NCBI RefSeq assembly: GCF_009914755.1 | Contig: NC_060947.1 | DNA: 64,000 nt | Direction: 5' to 3' (one strand) | Source of the DNA: the human T2T-CHM13v2.0 reference genome, Homo sapiens | Part shown: positions 16,163 to 31,986 of the stretch, in pieces | Layout: each line of letters opens with the position of its first letter | How positions within the stretch are numbered: the stretch's first letter is position 1 | The notes under the pieces: generated by a model | The model's input: only the letters and a program-made list of their open reading frames with translations | Databases searched by the model: none | What the model was told of the DNA's origin: nothing | Program-made: the position numbers and the translations under genes

Positions 16163-19100
16163 GTGGGTATGTTCTTTGTAAGGACAGGGAAAGGCCCAGA
16201 GGAGCTGCAGAGCAGCACCGAGCTCCGGCCATCGGTTGTGAAAGCTGGATCCCATGTGTTCATGGGCACAGACACGTGTCTGTGTGTGAGTGTGTGCATG
16301 CGTGTGTCAGAGAGAAAAAGAGAGAGGAGGGAGGGAGGAAGATGGATGGGGTTGAGATGGCGATGAAAAGGGGAGACAGGCTGAGCATGGGACAGAGTGA
16401 CAGGCTAGCACCTCACCATTTCTGTGTTACCTACAAAACGGTGACCTTAGTAGAGTAAAATTTGCCTGAGAACTTCACCCTGTCTCCCAGGCTGAGTCTA
16501 GCACTCAGCCTCCTGGGGGGCGGGTAGCAGAGTCTTAGGTGTGCCCCAGGGGTGGTGGAAGGTGGCAGCACCTCCAGCTGGAGGAGGCCTCCTAATTAGG
16601 CGCAACCTGAGCTGTCACCTCCTCCGACCCCATCAGCCCATGCTGATTGCCACCAGGTGCATGACTCTGGGGCACACCTCTCACTCACCTAGCTCCTGGT
16701 GGGGAAGCAAATCCCATGTGGCTTCCTCCCGCGCCTGCGTTTGGGTGGGGGAACCGGCCTGCACCATCCTACCCTTTCAGGGCCCCAGGAGACTGGGCCC
16801 CAGCGCACTTTGCCTTCCTGCTCGCCCAGTTCAACAGAGTCTGCAGCCTCGAATCCAGATCACAGAGGGCCAGGCTACAGTGACCTTTCTGGATTCTGTA
16901 CCTTGACGTTTTCATGCCGAGAAAGCAAACAGGAAAGACGCCTTTTGAACGCTGTAGTCAAAGTTTCCGCTAAGACCACTGCAGAAAGCTCAGCTTCTCA
17001 GACCTCAGGCAAGCTTGAAAGTACTTTCCTCTACCATTTTAAAGAGAAAGGGAGTTGTGCTTCACTCGCGGTCATTAACCCAACAACTTGGGCTAGTCTC
17101 AGAGGGACACTTGCTCTTCTGAGCACAGCCCAGGAAAAGGCAGAAAGAAATTATTCGAGTGGACCCCAAGGAAAATACGCTGTTGGGATGCACATCCTAG
17201 GTAGTGCGCGGAGCAGATGGTCAGCTCCTGTTGGCTGAGAGCTCCAGAGCTCCCAGAATACCAATCTGATTGTGTGGCCTCCCGCCATTGATCACCCTTC
17301 AGTTGATTCCCACAGCTCCTGGGATCCCATTCAAAGCCGACCCAAGGTCCTTCCTGCTCCAGGCCCTGCTCAGCTGTCCAGAACCCAAGCTCAAAAGAAT
17401 TTGGAGAAGGAATTTAAAGTCTTCCTTAATAGTAAGGTTTCCTGGGGCTGCAGTTCCACTGTGTGTGTGGCTGGGTGAGCTGTGGCCAGGCTGTAGAAAA
17501 GGGAGTAGCAGGGGAGTGGGGGTGGGAAAGGCAGGGAGACAGGCAGAGACAGAGTGGGCACCCTTTGGGATGAGGCACTTCCCCTTCTTGATCTCCCTGA
17601 ACTGTCAGGGGAGGGGCGATCCTCATTGGACCAAGCAGAAAACAGACTCGGATTGCCTGAGCCCTGTGACAAAGCCACACAGGCAGAGGTGGCAGAGGAG
17701 GGGGGCCCAGCTCTGAGTGCCTTGGGCAGGTCTTTCCCTCTCCAACCCCTTTCTTAAAGGCTCTGAGGTTCTTGGACGGAGGAGGGGCCCTGAAAGGAGA
17801 GGCAAGGAAAGCGCCATGGAGGGGCCTCCGTGGACAGGGCCAAGCCAGCGGGAGCCAGCCCTGAGAACAGGCGGCGCCCATGGGCCCTCCGCAGGCCCCC
17901 AGCAGGAACTGGTAGACCGTCTGCGTGCACTGGAATTTCTGACTTGGTGTGGGTTTGGTGACCCGCGCACGTGTTGGTACGGGAGTCTGTGTGTTGCCTT
18001 CACCCAAGGGGCACCCTGTCCTGGACTCCCGCCTCCCTGGCTTCCAGTGCTGGGCCTCTGCTCTCTGTGGCCCCCTGACCCTGGCACCCCCCGTGGATGG
18101 CTTGAGAAGCCTCTGCACCTCCCCTCCAGGCTCCACGACTCCTCCCCCTGCAAAATGACGCCAACTGCTGTTGGACCCCGGCCCCGTGGCCCAAGGGCTA
18201 TCTCTGATGGTCTCCATTTTCACTGCCCTCTCCAGCCCCGCCGCTGCACCAGGAGATCAAGCTCCCCAGCCCTCTCACTGAGCCCCCGGCCCTCACCCGC
18301 GAATCCCATCTGAGCAGTCCTCCTGCCTCTCAACCTGCCTCGGGGCACGGTGTCCTCTAAACAACCCCCTTCCAACCTGAGCTCTTCGCGCCTCTCTTAC
18401 GTGTAGACAGCGGCTCCTGGTGCCTGAAGCCAAGCCCTGTCTACAGGCCAGGAGCCCCAGCTCCCTCCCCCGACGGCAACACGACAGCAGGACCAGCCCA
18501 CCCCGAAGGACAGCCAAGCCCCTGGCCGGAGGCTTGCCTCACACGCTTGCGGCCGCGTGTTTTCTTCTCCAGCCACTCAAATTCTCACGTTTCTTTTCCT
18601 CCCTGAACCCACCCCCCAGTCCCTCCTTCCACCACCTTCCGCCTCGTGGGTCCTGCAAGCGCAGTTAGCCACAGCCGACCACCGGCTTTCTGCAGTCCAA
18701 ATCCACTGGCTCCTCCCAGCTTTCCTCTGCCTTGGGGTCCCGTGAATTTCAGCGTGCATGGCCACTCCTGCTGAGCTGTGTCTTGACTCCTGGAATTCAC
18801 TTCTTCATTGAACACATCCTCACTGAGCACCTCCAGGGCGCCATGCACAATCATGAGGCGGGGACAGAGAGAGGCGGGGACAGAGCGGGCAGCCGCACAC
18901 ACCAGGCCTTGACCTTGACCTTCTGGTCAGCAAGGGGAGGGAAAACAGAAATGAACAAAATTCTTTCCGAAGGCGTGTGAAAGGGGATGACAAGGAAGGG
19001 AGGACGTGCCAAGAAGGACAGTCACAGAAGACTTCTCTGAGAGGCCACATTGGAACTGAGACATGAATTGTTCAAAGAGGAAGAAGCCCCAACACCTGGG

Positions 19101-19443
19101 AACAGAGAAACCCAGGAAGAGCCACTGCAAGGCGAGGCCTGAATTCAGGAGGAAGCTGGACATGCGGAAGCCTTGGAGAAATGGCCAGGGCAGCTTCACA
19201 AGAGTGGCCGAGAAGAGAAGGATGGGTCCAATATTCAGTAAGGGTCAGAATCAAGTAAGACAACTAGAGAAGGGAAGGAAACACATCACGGGTAGATATG
19301 GACCCTACTAAAACAGAAAGACATGGACAGGAGCAGAAGAGGTGTGAGGATGGAGCACAGAAAGACAGAAGAGACGGGCGGGGGCAGATCCTGTGTGAGT
19401 ACCAATGAAAGGAAGACAGGAAGAGATGGTCAGAGCCACATCA

Positions 19444-20345
<902 letters not shown>

Positions 20346-21072
20346 AGCAGATGGCAAACCCACACTCATGACTCTTCCCTGAGGGCGCTATTGACACAGG
20401 CAGGACTAGAGAGGGGTAGAATGGCAAAAAGAGGAGGGGAAAAGACTCAGGGATGATGAGCAGGAGATGGCTGTGGCTTGGAGGTGGAGACATTAGCTGA
20501 CGGTTGGATACACGGGCCAGGAACACAAGGAGAAAGTTCAGGAAAGAAGCTTTGCCTAGAAAGGTGGTGGTGGTGGTGATCGTTGATTTTGTTGTTAGTG
20601 CCTCAGAGGGTCTCATTAACTTCCAACTTTCTGCCGCAGACCATAGCCTGTACTGTGCTTTCTGACATTCAGAGGGTTCTTGGTAGCGTAGTAGGTACCC
20701 AATTTTGTGAACGTTCTATGGAGTCCTGAAAAGGCTGTGTTCCCTTTTTGAATTTGATGTCTATTAATAATGCCTTTACAATGATACCAATATCTGCCAT
20801 TAATTTTGCATACATCTATCAAAAGCTGAGAACAAAGTCTTTCATTCCTGTTGCCTTTCTATTAAATTATCCATAAGGTTCATCTGGTCCTGCTTTCTGC
20901 TGTTGATTACGTGTAATTGATCATACACAAGTTCATAATCTGCACTTGAACCTCTTACCAGGTAGCCAGTCCTGAGGTACTGACTGCTTTTTGCCTCTAA
21001 TTCTCCCTCACCTGGATCAGTAATATGATGGTGGCACTTTCTGTTTGCTTGCTGATGAGTTTCTGTCCAGTC

Positions 21073-21204
21073 CTTTATTTATTTAAGAGACAGGGGTCTC
21101 CCTATGTTGCCCAGGCTGGTCTCGAACTCCTGGGCTCAAGCAACCCTTCCGCCTCAGCCTGCCCAGTAGCTGGGATGACAGCAGGCACCACCATGCCCGG
21201 CTGG
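21073..21204 (-). mobile_element. FLAM/Alu monomer
   Basis: Single antisense arm. Confidence 0.8.
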
Positions 21205-22049
21205 ACCTTTTATTCTAATATTTAAGGTAAATGATGAGGTAGGTAAAAGCCTAAGATTGTTTTTAAAATAAATCCTGGAATCTTTTTAACGTGGGCGTTT
21301 AATCTGTTTCTATGTAATGTCATTACATTAAGTTGGTCTTCTGACATACGTTATGTTTTTTCCTTATGATTTGGCTGTTTCTGCTGCCTGCTAAATGGCA
21401 ATGTTTTATTGCCTTTTGTCTTCTACAGTGATTTGGACATGATATAGCCTGTGTTCTTGAAATTGAACAATTATTATAACAGCAGTATACTGCAGAGAAA
21501 TCAGAGAGTGAGGATAAGCAAAACGAAGAGAACATGGCTAGAATCCCACCTGCCCCTCCACACCCATTATAGACGGGTTGATGTGTATCTTCCAACATCT
21601 TCTAGACATATAAACAGATCTGAGTATGAACACATAATGGGATCCCCTGGAGAAGGAATGCTACAAATCTGCCTGTGACCTGCTTTGATCAACATATCGT
21701 GTATTTTTCCATGTGAATAAATGACTTTCCCCTGTATAATTTTTCATGACTGCAAATGTGTCCCATTGAATGAGTATAACATAATTTCAACAGTTCCCCT
21801 ATTGTGGACTTGTTTATGAGCCCTTTGTCATTGCTAACAATATTGTGATGAACAGGCTTGCTAATACCTTACTCTTTGAGCACGTGGTTACTTCTGCAGG
21901 ATACATTGGAAGTAGAGAAATTACTAAATCAATAGGTGTGTGCCTTTTTCAGGCTTTTTCTGTGACGCCTAACTGCCTTCTGGACATGTTACACCAAATT
22001 CACGTACCGTTAGCATGAGTATTTGACATTGCTTTGACCTTTGCTAAAT

Positions 22050-22333
22050 TTTGTTTCAACTTTTATTTTAGATTCAGGGAGTGCACGCGCAGGTTTGTTA
22101 CCTGGGTATATTGTGTGACGCTGAGGCTTGGGGTACAAATGATCCCGTCACCCAGGTGGTGAGCATAGCACCCAACAGTGAGTGTTTCAGCCTTTGCTCT
22201 CTTCCCTCCCTCCCCCATCTAGTAGTCCCCACTCTTTTATTGCTGCCATCTTTATATCCATCAGTACCCAATGTTTAGCTCCCACTTACAAGTGAGAACA
22301 TGCAGTATTTGGTTTTCTGTTCCTGCACTAATT
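22050..22333 (-). mobile_element. L1PA/PB 3' end fragment
   Basis: tttagctcccacttacaagtgagaacatgcagtatttggttttctgttcc. Confidence 0.85.
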
Positions 22334-22447
22334 CTCTTAGGATTATGGCCTCCATGACTTTGCTAAATTTATAAAAGGTGAAGAATCACACACACCCCGT
22401 TTTACTTCGTGTTTCTTTAGTCACTGGCAAAGCTCAACATTTTTCAT

Positions 22448-23137
22448 GTGTGGTATCAGCCCACAAGTTGACCTGCAGTGATCCCCACCCCCTGGTAGTC
22501 CCGTTCCTGTGTAATCCACCCCACAGTGAATCAGGGATGGTCTGCGGGCCAACAGAAGACAGCAGAAGTCGTCACTTCTGACCCTAGGCTACAAAAGACA
22601 GTATTTGTTTCCTGTAATTCACATGTTCCTTGTTGCTGAACCTGTGCTCAATTTTGCGAAAGGTCTTCGGGTGCCTCTGCCTCTCTCCTGAATCGCTTCT
22701 GCCTCCCATCCACCGCAGTCTTGGGAGCCTTGTACCGGAGGGAATAGGTGGCTGAGGTGGGCAGCCCCATGAGAATGGAGGCCTTCTGCCAACAGCCACA
22801 GAGAAGCTGAGGGCTCCAGTCAACGTGTGTGGGTGACCAACCATCCCAGGACTGCGGGGTGAGCCAGGGCACAAGCCTCTCAGCGCTAACTCCGGGGACA
22901 AGCTGGTCATCCTATACATGAGTGAGCCGTCTGGGAAGCAGAGGCCCGTCCTAGTCAAGCCTTGAGATGACTGCAGTTCCAGCCGACAGTGAGTATATGA
23001 CCTGCAAGATCCTGGGGCAGAACCACGTGGCTGAGCGGCGCCCAGATTTCTGATCATCAGACCCTGCGTGAGATCATGAGTGTTTGTTGTTTTAAGCTGC
23101 TAAGTTTGGGGGTAATTTTGTTCCACACAAGTAATAC
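22448..23137 (+). mobile_element. MLT1 (MaLR) solo LTR
   Basis: tgtggt start; ends ttgttgttttaagctgctaagtttgggggtaatt...taataca. Confidence 0.75.
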
Positions 23138-24666
23138 ATTATTTTTTTAAAACATTTTATAAGGATTTAATATGTGATAAAGGTGATCAATTTACCCTTT
23201 GGGAAAAGTGTAGGAACAATTGGTTTATCCTGGGGAAAAGATAAAGGTTTTCAATCAAATGATCACCAGAAGTACTGAGGATGTCTTGAAAAGAAAGCCA
23301 CTGACCTACTGGAAGAGGGTGTATCTTGACAGAAGTTCACTCCTGCTCAGGGTCTTTGGCCTTCAACACACACCTCCCTTGACCCCTGCCCATCATCCTT
23401 CAGGTCTTGGTGGAAACAATGCTTTCTCCACAAGCCCTGTACAATCTTCTCAGCCAGGTAGAGGCTGCCTGGTGGATCTCTCATGGCTACGCCACCTGCC
23501 GCATTTTGCACACTCATGAGTTACGTAGGTGTTTGTATGTTTCATGCTGTCTTCCCAGATAGACTGTGAGCATCCTGAGGCTGGGGATGGTGCCTGTGCT
23601 GTGCACTCTCTCATGCCCAGCTGCCTGCCAGTCTGCAGTGCTTTATGGGGCATTTTCCTCCCTGACTTCCTGGTTCTTTGACACGGGGTTTGAAAACTCC
23701 ACTTGGCAGTGTGTGCTCCCATCAGGGCTCTTCTGTTTCAGCTTCCACCTGCAGTGCTGTGCCTGTGGGGTCCACATGTGCTACCCACGCCCCAGCTCCA
23801 GGAGTTGCAGCCGCCTCCTTGGCTAGGGTTTGCTGAGTGTTTTGGAATTGACATAACCCGAAGGAACAACGCAAGGGGTGCAGCATGGCCACATCCCAAA
23901 TGACCATACTACATGGCATCTGAAGACGCCATGGATTGTAAAACCCATCCAGATGTCAGACACGTTCATGCCTGGGAAAAAAAAGAACATCTTAGAATTG
24001 ATGATGTACGTATTTTCTCAATCCAGCTTCAAGGGCCTGAGAGTTGTAGAAATATTTCCCAGATGGGCAAAAGCTTGCCTGCCCTTCTTAGTTTTCAGGG
24101 GTACCCTGTGTTCTGGTCATTTTCTTTTTCCAAAAGGTATTTAGTGAGAAGGCGAGAGTGAGTGACTCAATGGCTGCCAGCAAGATGTCATGTTAAACCA
24201 GTGGCTGGTTGGGGATTTTACAGTTTTTAATTCTCTTCAGAGCCACACCGTCCTCCAATAACTCCCTCTTTCTTCCTATAGTTTCAGTGCTTGACTGGCT
24301 GTATGTAAAACACAGAAGTGAAACCAATCAGAAAATAATCCGAAGGCCAAATGGCACCTTATGTCAGTCATTCACTGACACTTGTGGAATGGCTCTGTAT
24401 GTGTTTGCTACTTAAAAACAGCCTCAATCTGATTCCCAGGATTACGATTCTATCAACAAGTAATTGATTCCTGATGGCAAGAGTCAAAACTGGTGAAACT
24501 CACTGCTCTCATGAAGAGTTCATTCTAGTGGGGAAAGACATCCAATATGCAAATAAATAAAAAAGTGAATGAATGAATGAACCGTGGCAGGAAATGTATC
24601 AGTTGCATCTCACCATATTTTTGAGCTATGGTAATGAATCCCCAAATCCACTAAAGACAAATTCAC

Positions 24667-24886
<220 letters not shown>

Positions 24887-24904
24887 CACCTGTTCAGCTT
24901 TTAA

Positions 24905-25263
<359 letters not shown>

Positions 25264-27944
25264 AGTTTGCATATTATAATCAATGGTGAGTGATTTAATA
25301 GGTAGCATTTTCCTTCACTATTTGGTAAACGGTGCATCTTACAATCAACGGGGTCTTAGATTTGATGAAATATACTAGTTCATTTAAACTAGATAATATA
25401 AAGGCCACTTTCTGTGGGAGTTTTACTCTTCTTTCTGAACGGTGGGCCACCTCTACAGGACAGATACGCTGAAGAAGGTAGACAAGTCCAGGTCTGGTCA
25501 GGGACATATGAGCCATTCTGAATCTTCAGAATGGAAGTGGTTTAATACAGAATCAGAAGCTTATATGGCTCCTGGAAGGCAGGGGCTAAGGTGAGGGAGG
25601 AAGTTTCTAGAAACCTAGGACTGCAAGAGTCACAGGGAAGCTCCCCTGCCCCCAGTGGTCTCAGCTGCCTGCACGACTGAAGTGGGTGAGTCTCAAGGTG
25701 ATATCCAGAGGCTGCTGGCAAACCCCACATCTGCCTCCTGCTGATGCTCGAAAGCCTGTCGTGTGCAGCCACCAGAAGGAAGCAGCTTCTCCTCACCTCC
25801 CTCCTCCCCAAATCAGGGCACAGGGTCTCTTGGGGCAGAATCTAAGAATCCAGGTCTACTGGCAAAGGAGTGTGGCAAGTGTCGCGTCCAGGCTTTATGC
25901 CTCTAAGGACAGGGAGGAACCAAGAAGGGCTGGGATGGTGGCAAGTACCAACAATGTTCAGCCCTTTGGAACACATCAGTGACTCCGTACATTAACTGCA
26001 GAGAAGCTTAATCTTTTTCGTCTTACATGAATATAAAAGGAAGTTGTAAGATATGTGTCCTGCTCCCAACGGACTGATTTCTGCCCCCGTGGAATATGTG
26101 CACCCACCTCGCCCCTGACATCAGTGGACTTGGGCCTCCAAGGCTAGCCAAAGCCAGGTGGAAGAGTGAGGCCAAAGGAGGAACAGGGCTTGGCAAGGCC
26201 AAAACCCTGCCCTGGCCGCCCCGTTGTCCCTGAGGAATTATTTCCACAAATGCATGTGCTTAAGTGCTTCAGTTCTATGGCAGGAGAACAGGACACACCA
26301 CTACTGATACATAAGGACACGTCACTTATGGGCACTTGGCACTGACTCATATGCTCTGTCATAAGTGCCCTGATGTTCTCCTTTTCATGAACGCTGGTTT
26401 GTCTGTTATGTTCTAGGCAGCTCGAGGGGAGGAGCTAGGTCCCTTCTTTCTTAAAGATCTCCCCTCAATGCTGATAGTATCCCTAAAGGCAGAAAGGTGA
26501 TCCCATAACACTAGAGTTGCCTCTGTTAGAGCAGGGGGAGTGGCCAAGCTCAATTTGAGCACGTGCTAACTATGGAGTGTCGTTCTTAAGGTTTAGTGGC
26601 ATCAACCTGCTGACAAAATAGGGCAAACAGAAGAGAGGAAACAGAAGAGAGGAAAGACTGTCCGCCACGTATTCCAACGGTGGGCTCTCGTTTGCACATC
26701 CTCTCATACCTAAAGCTCTCCCACATTGCCTGGATCAGCCTCAGGAGACTTTGTGAGCAAGCCCCAGCATCCAGCTATAGCCCCAGAAATTTTAACCTAC
26801 TTCATGTACTCAGCCAACTGCGAGGACAATCCCTTCTGCAGCTTGAAAAAGCAGTGCTTTTCCTCCCAATTACACTGCCACTACTCACAGTATTTACTTT
26901 TTACTTTTGAATATTACAGAAGGGCATGGTGTTTCTATGCCTACAGAGGGAGGCCTTGGTTTAAAAGTTCAGGAAATCCCACTCTAGAACATTTACTGTA
27001 AGACATTTCAACAATAAGAAATCACACAGACGAAAGACCAAAGCAAATGCTAGGTGTGCCTGGAAGGTCTTAGAGCTCAAGATGCAGAATTCTGCAGGCT
27101 ACAAAGCATCAAAGGATGGAATGAGAGGCAAAGCTAGAGGAAGATCATTTCAAGTCTGGAAAATTCACAGGAAGGGTAATATGGCATGATAGTCTATAGA
27201 CTAAAAGTCTACAAGCCAGATAGGAGAAAAAAGGGGGCCCCGAATCACTCAAGTCTCAGATCACTCAAATCGACACCCCCATTCCAGCCGCTGAGCATCA
27301 CCCCCGGAGCCTCGGTCAGGGCCCCATTGTCTCCAGTGAATCACAGGACACGCTGCTGGGGAGCAAGAGTAGTGAGGGTTTCTGGGTTCCTCGGGTGGAG
27401 CCGCAACTCCTGGGGTGGGGGTAGGGGTTGGATAAGTGAGGCTATGCAACTGTAACCCCAGTCCTCCAAGGGCATCCCACCGGGGCAGCTGGGCCATCTG
27501 AAGGCAGAGGGCCAAGAGCAGGTGCATCCAGGAGGCGGCCTCTGGCCCCCAGTGGTAAAAGAGCAGCTGGAGTTGCCAGCCAGGCGTACAGGCTCAGATG
27601 GGATGAGATATCTCGGGGCACGGGCATTTTCTAGCACTCTCGCATCACTGATGATATCATAAATAACAAAGGCTCTGAGTACAGATACAGCTCATCGACT
27701 GAACTTCTTACAGCCCCCCTGGGGTCTCATTGAAGACCCCTGTAAGAAATCAGCCCTTGGCTCTTAGGCATCTGTTTAGCAGTAGAATCTGGGCAGGTTT
27801 TAAAACTCAAGTATTTGGACATGGAAAGCCATAAGCTTACTAGAGTGGCTCTGTTTCAGTTCCAACAAATAGACACTTTAATGTAATGCAGTTAATGATA
27901 AATAAAATCACATCTGAGGCTTTGAATGAATCGTTGCGATTAAC

Positions 27945-27950
27945 TTTATT
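27945..27950 (-). terminator. SCML2 polyadenylation signal AATAAA (possible proximal one at 28187-28192)
   Basis: tttatt on + strand; U/GU-rich sequence follows on the minus strand. Confidence 0.7.
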
Positions 27951-28313
27951 AATATTTTAAAATATGAAAACTGTAAAACATAGTATTTATGTAAACACCT
28001 GAGGACTGTTCAAGTGGGTACAGCATCTTCATACAAACAACTTGAAAGAAGACCAAGTTTAAGTAAGAATCTTATGACATGTAAGGAATAACATAAATGA
28101 AGCTATTCTTTAAATAGTTGCATTCATGTCTAAAGTACATTTGGTTTTCTAAAAAGAAAATGTACATTCTTGCCCCTGGTGAATATTTTATTGGCATTTA
28201 CAACAAATGGCTAATACTTTTATAACTGATTCTCATAGCTTATAAACATTACATCAAAGTTACACAAAGTAATAACAATAAACATATAGCACCATTTCCT
28301 CTTCAAAGTTCTA

Positions 28314-28814
<501 letters not shown>

Positions 28815-29864
28815 TTACGAAATCAAAACATCTAACTATATACATAGTTCATCGTCACCTCTGTGGCAGTGCAAAGTGCCAGATTAAATTCAAGAAAAAA
28901 AAGATTTACTTGTGTGTAAACCTACAGGTATAAAACAATATATAAATATGGTAAAGTACCATATGAAGAATAAACACATACAATATATATCTTCAAAAAT
29001 TTTGGACACAGGTATCTTCATATAGAGATGTAAGAAAAGAATGCCTAGTTAAATGTCCAAGCGTAGTGAAAATATGGAAAGTTTTAAAATAATAGGAATT
29101 TCACTGAAAAAATTTAATCTGACTCCATCCAAACAACCCTCGTAGTATAAATATCTCCTGCATAAAATGACAATTCTATCCTATAATTTAAAAAATTTAT
29201 CAAAAACTGGTAAGAACACTTCATGAAAGCTTATAAGCTTGCTTTTTTCCTTTAAATATGATCAAATACAACATACAGAGAAATAATAAAAGGAAAATAA
29301 TTTATATGGCTATTCCCTTTCTAGATATACTGATAGAACATGAACAGAACACCACAGAGTATCACACAAAATATCTGAGAAAAGATGATATCTACAGGTG
29401 CACCTTTAAATTCTCTAGTGAGGAAAAATTCTCATGGATTTAATTATAGAAGTTGTCAATCCCTGATATTTTCCCCTTTGGGATTTAGCTGTTTTGGTTC
29501 TAGATATAAAGGTTAACCAAAATCAAAGGTTTTTCTCTGTTAACTACATTAAGTATATTTGTAAACTGTACAATGAAAATTTAAAAAGACATAAAGAACT
29601 GCCAATTTGAATATGCCAATACTAACCTGTTAAATGCTTTTTAAAGAAGTAGACTGGGGGAGTGGCGGCTGTGTCTCCCAAAGCTGGTTGGTGACTCCAG
29701 GAAAAAAACAAAGTTGACTGAACTGTTACTACAGTTCTGCAATTCTGATAAAATATTTTTATGGGAACTGTCTACAAAACAAAAACTGCTAAGAGAAATA
29801 CTTTTAAATTAAAATGTTAACAGTACACCTGAGAATTATGTCCAATCTAAACTTACACATTTTT

Positions 29865-29993
29865 TTAACTGTATTTTCCTTCTTTAAGCTTTTCAATGTA
29901 GTAACACAGCTTTAATGCTGGCCCCAGCTTCAGCCCCATATACTTCATCATCACATCACTCTTGAGTAGGAACAGAGCCTTCCCATCAATTTC
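29865..29993 (-). CDS. SCML2: SCML2 last coding exon, SAM C-half ([42 protein letters not shown])
   Basis: ctgtag acceptor, 129 nt ending TAA; EIDGKALxLL...LKLGPALK is the Ph/Scm SAM signature. Confidence 0.96.
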   Translation of the reverse strand, partial: EIDGKALFLLKSDVMMKYMGLKLGPALKLCYYIEKLKEGKYS

Positions 29994-31052
29994 CTACAGA
30001 GAGAAGGAAATCATAATCATTAATAATGCTTTCATATCAAATTATTTATACATAAGAACATGTAAAATACAGCAGCTGTATACTCCGGATATATATTCTC
30101 TGAATATGCTTTATTTCCTGAAAACTATTAAAAATATAATTTATACAGTGAAGCATCATTTGATAATTTATGAATTTAGTTCAAACTTTAAGAAAATTTA
30201 ATCTTGTATCTTCAAAAAATGTCCCAAGTATCAAACAATCTGACTTTAAATACTGTGTGTTAAATAAAATACTAAATATATCTATGACAAAAGATCAAAA
30301 ATTATGAATGGTAGAAATGAATTTCAGATGATCAATAACTTTCTGAGAAGGGCCAGGAATATGTCAATATCAATGCAAACTGTAAATGTGCTATACAGTG
30401 TTGTCATTATGTTGAAGGCTAATCAGTTAGTTGTCTGAAGCTGGTTAGATGCTAAAACTACTGATTTTCTTGCGATAGTGAAAAGGGTACCTCAGATAAT
30501 AGATCACTCATTTGATTTGTTAGAAAACACTGAAAATATTACTTAATAGTCACAAGGCATCCTCCTAAAATTCTTTATTACCTTAATCAATTTATGTCAT
30601 GGAAGCATATTATTTGGTATTTGTGAGTTCCTGTTTAAAAGGATGTACTTAATCTTATAAAGTTGCTGGATTCACTGGAGGAAGGCCACCCTGTAATAGC
30701 TTGTGGTCAACCCCTCCTACTCATGGTTCTGGCACTGAGCTGGGAGCAGGTCGGGGAGGATCCTTGTATCTGTCATCACAAAGGGAAGGTACACCTGAGA
30801 GTTGCAATGCTGAATCATCGTATCTTGAGAAGTTGAAGCAGTTTGTATTTTAGGCACCTGGATACTCACTTAAAGAACAGACCATTAATCTACCATTTAA
30901 GGAACTAATCTTGGGAAAAATAACCTCTCTCACATATGGAAAAATCAGTTGATAGGGTTCCCCCACCATCCACACAGCATCCAAATGAAGGGCCTGCACA
31001 GAGGTCATTCAAAGGCATTACGGCAGGAAAACCGGATCAAAAGATACATTAC

Positions 31053-31204
31053 ATGTTGCCTGAAGAGGTCGGCGAGGGGGCCTGATATCTGAGGATCTGT
31101 ATGTTTCATAAACTGTATCACTTCATCCACAGACCAGGTTGAAGGGTCCTTAGAGAAGCCTTGTTTCAGGACACTGGGATCAGGTACAGCTATATAACTT
31201 GGAG
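31053..31204 (-). CDS. SCML2: SCML2 penultimate exon, SAM/SPM domain N-half (APSYIAVPDP...WSVDEVIQFM...LFRQH)
   Basis: cattgaag acceptor, CAT|gtaatg donor, 152 nt, phase 1-0; SAM motif WSVDEV. Confidence 0.95.
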
Positions 31205-31662
31205 CTTCAATGGGGGGGAAAAAAGACAAATCATACTTGACCTGATCATTATCCTGAAAGAAGAGATGTTAGGTAGGGAATAATGGTCTCATTCCTGGAA
31301 CCTTTTGTTAAGTTCCCCAACAAGGTCTCAAGACTCCAACTGTGAAAGCTTATACAAAAATGATGTGAGGATGGCTACATAAGAGCATCCCATCTGACCT
31401 CCCCCAAACAACAAAAGCAGGTTCAGACGTTACCTTAAAGCTTCAAAGATCACAAAACAGACTAAGCAATCCAAGCCTCTTTGGCCACAGACAAATACAG
31501 CAAAAGATCTGTTACTCGGGTAAAATTAGGTTAATCTAATCTAACCTATGACTTCTCTCTTACTTTAAGTCTTTCAAGGAATTTCAATCTCTCTCTATCT
31601 GTCTAGACTAGGTATATTTTACTAGCTAAATCCGATGGAAATTCCCCAAATTTACAGTTAGT

Positions 31663-31986
31663 TTTTGTTTTGTTTTGTTGTTGTTGTTGTTGTTTTGGTT
31701 TTTTTGAGACAGGGTCTCGCTCTGTTACCCAGGCTGGAGTGCAGTGGCACAATCATGGCTCACTGCAGCGCTGACCTCCCAGGCTCAAGTGATCCTCCCA
31801 CCTTGCCTCCCAAGTAGCTGGGACTACTGACACATGCCACCACTTGCAGCTAATCTTTATATTTTTTGTAGAGACAGGATTTATCCATGTTGCCCAGGCT
31901 GGTCTCAAACTCCTGGACTCAAGCAATCTGCCCACCTCAGGCCCCCAAAGTGCTGGAATTACAGGCATGAGCCACCATACCTGGCT
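31663..31986 (-). mobile_element. AluJ
   Basis: (TTG)n tail, antisense dimer. Confidence 0.92.

Noticed and set aside
17426-18313. Long ORFs (265, 198, 176 aa) as protein-coding genes
   Set aside because: Overlap on both strands in GC-rich DNA, with low-complexity G/P/R composition and no recognisable domain; expected by chance.
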